Origin: a virus
Taxonomy: Duplodnaviria > Caudoviricetes
Virus record (IMG/VR): IMGVR_UViG_3300034149_000104
Coordinates: 1 to 28,550 of that record
Length of the DNA: 28,550 nucleotides
Reading direction: 5' to 3' (one strand)
Shown piece after piece: positions 25,401 through 28,550 of this stretch. Numbering within the stretch: the stretch's first letter is position 1; each line of letters begins with the position of its first letter. Below the pieces are notes generated by a model. The model did not search any database. It had not been told where the DNA came from and saw only the letters and a list, made by a program, of their open reading frames with translations. The translations under genes and the position numbers were made by a program.

Positions 25401-25758
25401 CCCGATCGGCGATCACTACCTCCGGGTCGACGTCACCCAAGGCGTCGACGGCCCCGCCCGTCCCCCCGTCCGCTTCCCCGCCGGAACCCGCGTCCGCCGC
25501 CTCGTCGGCCTGGGCGGACTCATCTACGTCGAGGCCCGGCATCCCGACCTCACCGACGGCACGGCGACGCTCGTCGTCCGCCCCGAGGAGGTCGCCGCCG
25601 TCCCCTACCTCGGCCCGATGTCGACCCGCTACCCGGTCTGCACCCCGACCGGCGAAACGGTCGGCTACGTCATCGACGAGGCCGCCGTCCTCGACTGCCG
25701 CGAGGAGTCGGACCACGGCACCGACGACGCCCCCGCCTACACCGGCCCCGAGGGATGA
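25384..25758 (+). CDS. Hypothetical protein
   Basis: GGAGG RBS. Confidence 0.6.
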   Translation: MTPMPDPIGDHYLRVDVTQGVDGPARPPVRFPAGTRVRRLVGLGGLIYVEARHPDLTDGTATLVVRPEEVAAVPYLGPMSTRYPVCTPTGETVGYVIDEAAVLDCREESDHGTDDAPAYTGPEG

Positions 25759-25765
25759 TGCGCTC

Positions 25766-26245
25766 ATGGTGACCTGCCCCGCCTGCCGAGCGACCCTCTC
25801 CCCTCATGACCTCGGGCCCGTAGTGACCGCGGCGCTCGTCGAGGCCCATGCCTGCCCGGCCGCCCCCTGGCCCGCCCCGACCGGCTCCCCGACCGTCGGC
25901 CTTCACCTGTCCTACGTCGGCCCGGCGGCTATGGCCGCCGCCATGAAGGTACCGCTCCTCGACTCGGCCCGGCTCCTCTCCGCCGGCACCCCGGGCCTCG
26001 GCAAGTCGACCATCACGGCCCGCCTCCTCGTCGTCGCCTACTACCGCTCCCCCTACGAACGGGCCGCCGAGCGGATCGGCGTCATAGCCGACCGTCGAGG
26101 ACGTCACACCTGGCATGGACGACTCCTCGCGAACATCGTGCGCCGCATCGAACAGGCCGACCTGGCTTGGATCGCTGACGTCGCCAACCGACCGGCCGAG
26201 GACCGGCCCGCCACACGGCTCCGGTCCGTCCTCGACGGCGAGTAG
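25766..26245 (+). CDS. Hypothetical protein
   Basis: N-terminal CPAC...HAC; internal GTPGLGKST P-loop-like fragment. Confidence 0.55.
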   Translation: MVTCPACRATLSPHDLGPVVTAALVEAHACPAAPWPAPTGSPTVGLHLSYVGPAAMAAAMKVPLLDSARLLSAGTPGLGKSTITARLLVVAYYRSPYERAAERIGVIADRRGRHTWHGRLLANIVRRIEQADLAWIADVANRPAEDRPATRLRSVLDGE

Positions 26246-26282
26246 CAGACCCCGACCCCGACACCAAGGAGACACGACCCCA

Positions 26283-26654
26283 ATGCCCGACTTCAATCCC
26301 ACCCCAATGACCGGCCTGTCCGGCCCGATCACCGAGACCCCCGAACACCCGTCCGAGTTGGACCTCCCCGGAGTGTCCCGACGGGCCGACCTCCTCGCAC
26401 ACGAGACCGTCATCCGCGACACGCTCGCCGAGGTCGCCGAGGACGCGGCGACGCTCCTGACGGAAGCGACCCGGGAGCGGGAGGTCGGCATCGCCCTCCT
26501 CGACGACAACGTGAAGGTGGCGAAGGACGCGCTCCGCGCCGCCAAGAAGGCGCTCGCGGAGCAGGAGCGGCTCGTCCGGTCCCTCACCCCGCGGGCCTCC
26601 CGCTCCGCGAGGGCGGCCGGTCCCTCGTCGGCGACTCAGGACGGTGCCGAGTGA
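26283..26654 (+). CDS. Coiled-coil protein
   Basis: AAGGAG RBS before MPDFNP. Confidence 0.6.
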   Translation: MPDFNPTPMTGLSGPITETPEHPSELDLPGVSRRADLLAHETVIRDTLAEVAEDAATLLTEATREREVGIALLDDNVKVAKDALRAAKKALAEQERLVRSLTPRASRSARAAGPSSATQDGAE

Positions 26655-27382
26655 AGCGCCGGCTCGCACAGGTCGGGGCCGCCGCCCTCGTCCTGCTGTC
26701 CCTCCCCCTCGGCCTTCAGGGGGTCGCCCATGCGGCGAACTGCGGCGGGCAGAAGGCGCTCCCTCGGGACGTCCCCTACGCCTGTCATATCCCCGGGCAC
26801 ACGATCGACGGAACACACTTCTCCGCCGACGTCGTCGCGACCGGGCACGTCGTCGTCGTCAACTACACGCTTGACGCCCCCCGGGCGATCCCGACGCCGG
26901 TAGTGATCCGGCATCACGTCGGAAAGTCCGGCGACGGCGGAGTGGTCGACACGGCCTCCGGGACGATCCCGCCCGGCTCGACGACGATCCGGCTACAGGA
27001 CTCCGTTCCCTGCCGTGACGGACAACTCGACGTGAAGGCCGTCTACACCAAGCCCGGCGACGAGCGCGGACTCGTCGGTGGGCCGTGGATCAGGAACGGC
27101 GTCGGCTGCGACTCGCCGCCCGTCACGCCGCCCACGACGCCTACACCGGCTGCACCGCCCGCGGTACCGCCGACGATCCCGGCCGCCCCGCCGGGAGCGC
27201 CGCCCGTCACCCCGAAGCGGCCGACCTCGCCGCCCCCGGCGAACCGGCCGCCGACCTCGACCCCGGACCGGCTCCCGGCGACCGGCCGAGACGAGGGGCC
27301 CGCCCTCGGGGCGGCGGTCCTCATGCTCGCCGCCGGAGTGGCGCTCCTCATCCTCCGCGGTCGGAAGCCGATCAGCACCTAA
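26651..27382 (+). CDS. LPXTG cell-wall-anchored surface protein
   Basis: Signal peptide ending VAHA; beta-rich domain with four Cys; Pro/Thr linker; LPATG plus TM plus RGRK tail. Confidence 0.8.
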   Translation: MKRRLAQVGAAALVLLSLPLGLQGVAHAANCGGQKALPRDVPYACHIPGHTIDGTHFSADVVATGHVVVVNYTLDAPRAIPTPVVIRHHVGKSGDGGVVDTASGTIPPGSTTIRLQDSVPCRDGQLDVKAVYTKPGDERGLVGGPWIRNGVGCDSPPVTPPTTPTPAAPPAVPPTIPAAPPGAPPVTPKRPTSPPPANRPPTSTPDRLPATGRDEGPALGAAVLMLAAGVALLILRGRKPIST

Positions 27383-27419
27383 CGTCGCGGGGAGCGGCCC
27401 TGCAACCTGTCCCGCTGCG

Positions 27420-27460
27420 TCGAGCGGCCCCGACCCACGGCTGGCGTCCGGGCCGCTCGA
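27420..27460. terminator. Intergenic inverted repeat
   Basis: TCGAGCGGCCC...GGGCCGCTCGA, perfect 11-bp stem. Confidence 0.55.
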
Positions 27461-27485
27461 TCGCGTCCGACGTAGCATCGCGGCC

Positions 27486-28295
27486 GTGCCTGACCTCGAC
27501 GCTCCGCTCCCCGACGTCATGACCGCGGAGGAGCGCCGCATGGCCGCCGTGCTCGTCGCCGCGTCGGCCGCGGCGGTCGTCGCCCTCGGACCGCTCTCGG
27601 AAGCGTTGCAGGCCCGTTCCGCTGTCGCCGCGGTCGAGGCCGTCGACTGGATCGCGTGGCGGGCGGCGCTCGCCGGTTGGGAGCCGCTCCTCGTCGCCGA
27701 GTACCTGTCGACGATCACGACGACCGTCGCCGCCGGCCTCGACTGGACGACGACCTTCGATGCGACGGTCCTCGCCCGCACCTGGGGCTACGAACACTCG
27801 GCGCGGCTCGTCACCGCGGTTACCGAGACGTCACGCGACGCGATCCGGGCGATCGTCGTCGACGGGATCGGGAAGGGCCGGTCGATGGACGTCGTAGCCG
27901 GCGAGGTCCGCGCCGTCGTCGGGCTTCACCCGCGCTGGGCTACTGCCGTCGCCACCTACCGCCGCCGCCTGATCGACGACGGCCGGCCGGCGGCGCAGGT
28001 CGCCCGGATGACGGACCGCTACCATGCCCGGCTCCTCCGGAAGCGGTCGGAGAACATCGCCCGCTGGGAGGTACAGGAAGCCCGGAACGTGGGCCGCTGG
28101 CGGACCTGGAAGGAGGGTCAGGCCGAAGGCGCGTTCCCGCTCGATCAGCGCAAGTCGTGGCACGCCGACTCGACCGCCTGCCCTGTCTGTCTCGGCCTAC
28201 ACGGCGAGACGGTCGGCCTCGACGAAACCTTCTCCGACGGTCGCCTCATGCCGCCCGATCACGTCCGCTGTCGATGTACCGCTGTCCTCGTCTGA
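27486..28295 (+). CDS. Phage minor head morphogenesis protein (MuF/SPP1 gp7-like)
   Basis: RSENIARWE, KSW, CPVCLGLHGE and PPDHVRCRC; TAGCAT-7 nt-GTG start. Confidence 0.85.
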   Translation: MPDLDAPLPDVMTAEERRMAAVLVAASAAAVVALGPLSEALQARSAVAAVEAVDWIAWRAALAGWEPLLVAEYLSTITTTVAAGLDWTTTFDATVLARTWGYEHSARLVTAVTETSRDAIRAIVVDGIGKGRSMDVVAGEVRAVVGLHPRWATAVATYRRRLIDDGRPAAQVARMTDRYHARLLRKRSENIARWEVQEARNVGRWRTWKEGQAEGAFPLDQRKSWHADSTACPVCLGLHGETVGLDETFSDGRLMPPDHVRCRCTAVLV

Positions 28296-28315
28296 CGGCG
28301 GCTAGCATCGCCGTC

Positions 28316-28550
28316 ATGCTCCCTCGACTCCCTCGACTCCGCCGGCTCGCCGCCCCTGTCGCTCTCTCCCTCGGGCTCACCGTCGGGCTGACCGCCGTCA
28401 CGACCGGAGTCGTCGTCCCCTCCGCGCCGACCGCGGAGGCTCACTCCTTCGGGTCTCAGGGTCCGCCGCACACGCACCTGACGAACCCGGGCTGTACCGC
28501 GTATGACTGCTGGCGGTGGCTCCTCGTGAACGGGGCGATCCTCCAAGGCC
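28316..28550 (+). CDS. Secreted protein, 3' truncated (MLPRLPRLRRLAAPVAL...AEAH)
   Basis: TAGCAT(28303)-7 nt-ATG; signal peptide with AEA cleavage site; frame open to window end. Confidence 0.65.
   Translation, partial: MLPRLPRLRRLAAPVALSLGLTVGLTAVTTGVVVPSAPTAEAHSFGSQGPPHTHLTNPGCTAYDCWRWLLVNGAILQG

Noticed and set aside
1524-27781. Many long minus-strand and alternate-frame ORFs in the track (e.g. 6442-7476, 15314-16261, 25670-26587)
   Set aside because: Arg/Pro/Gly-rich shadow ORFs expected at high GC, overlapping better-supported genes

Overview
Very GC-rich phage or prophage segment, probably from an actinobacterial host (inferred from leaderless TANNNT promoters and from DUF1906, DUF932 and TraB-like genes). 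It holds about 65 mostly + strand, translationally coupled genes. The packaging genes are unusually scattered: probable TerS 3' end (1-300), a large terminase split into an ATPase gene (6562-7617) and a nuclease gene (8965-9630), portal (23638-25062) and MuF-like head protein (27486-28295). Between them lie cassettes of small genes headed by a repeated promoter, TTGAC(A/G)-N17-TAGAGT-N7-start. The best novelty candidate is a ~410-nt, apparently non-coding, highly structured minus-strand transcript (about 8029 to 7621) with its own consensus promoter, lying between the two terminase halves. Other cargo: two lysins, a DNA methyltransferase, an SGNH lipoprotein, DUF1643, DUF932, two HNH-type proteins, a TraB/FtsK translocase with internal clt-like repeats, an LPXTG surface protein and a parS-like site. 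All family calls come from motif recognition by eye, not database searches.
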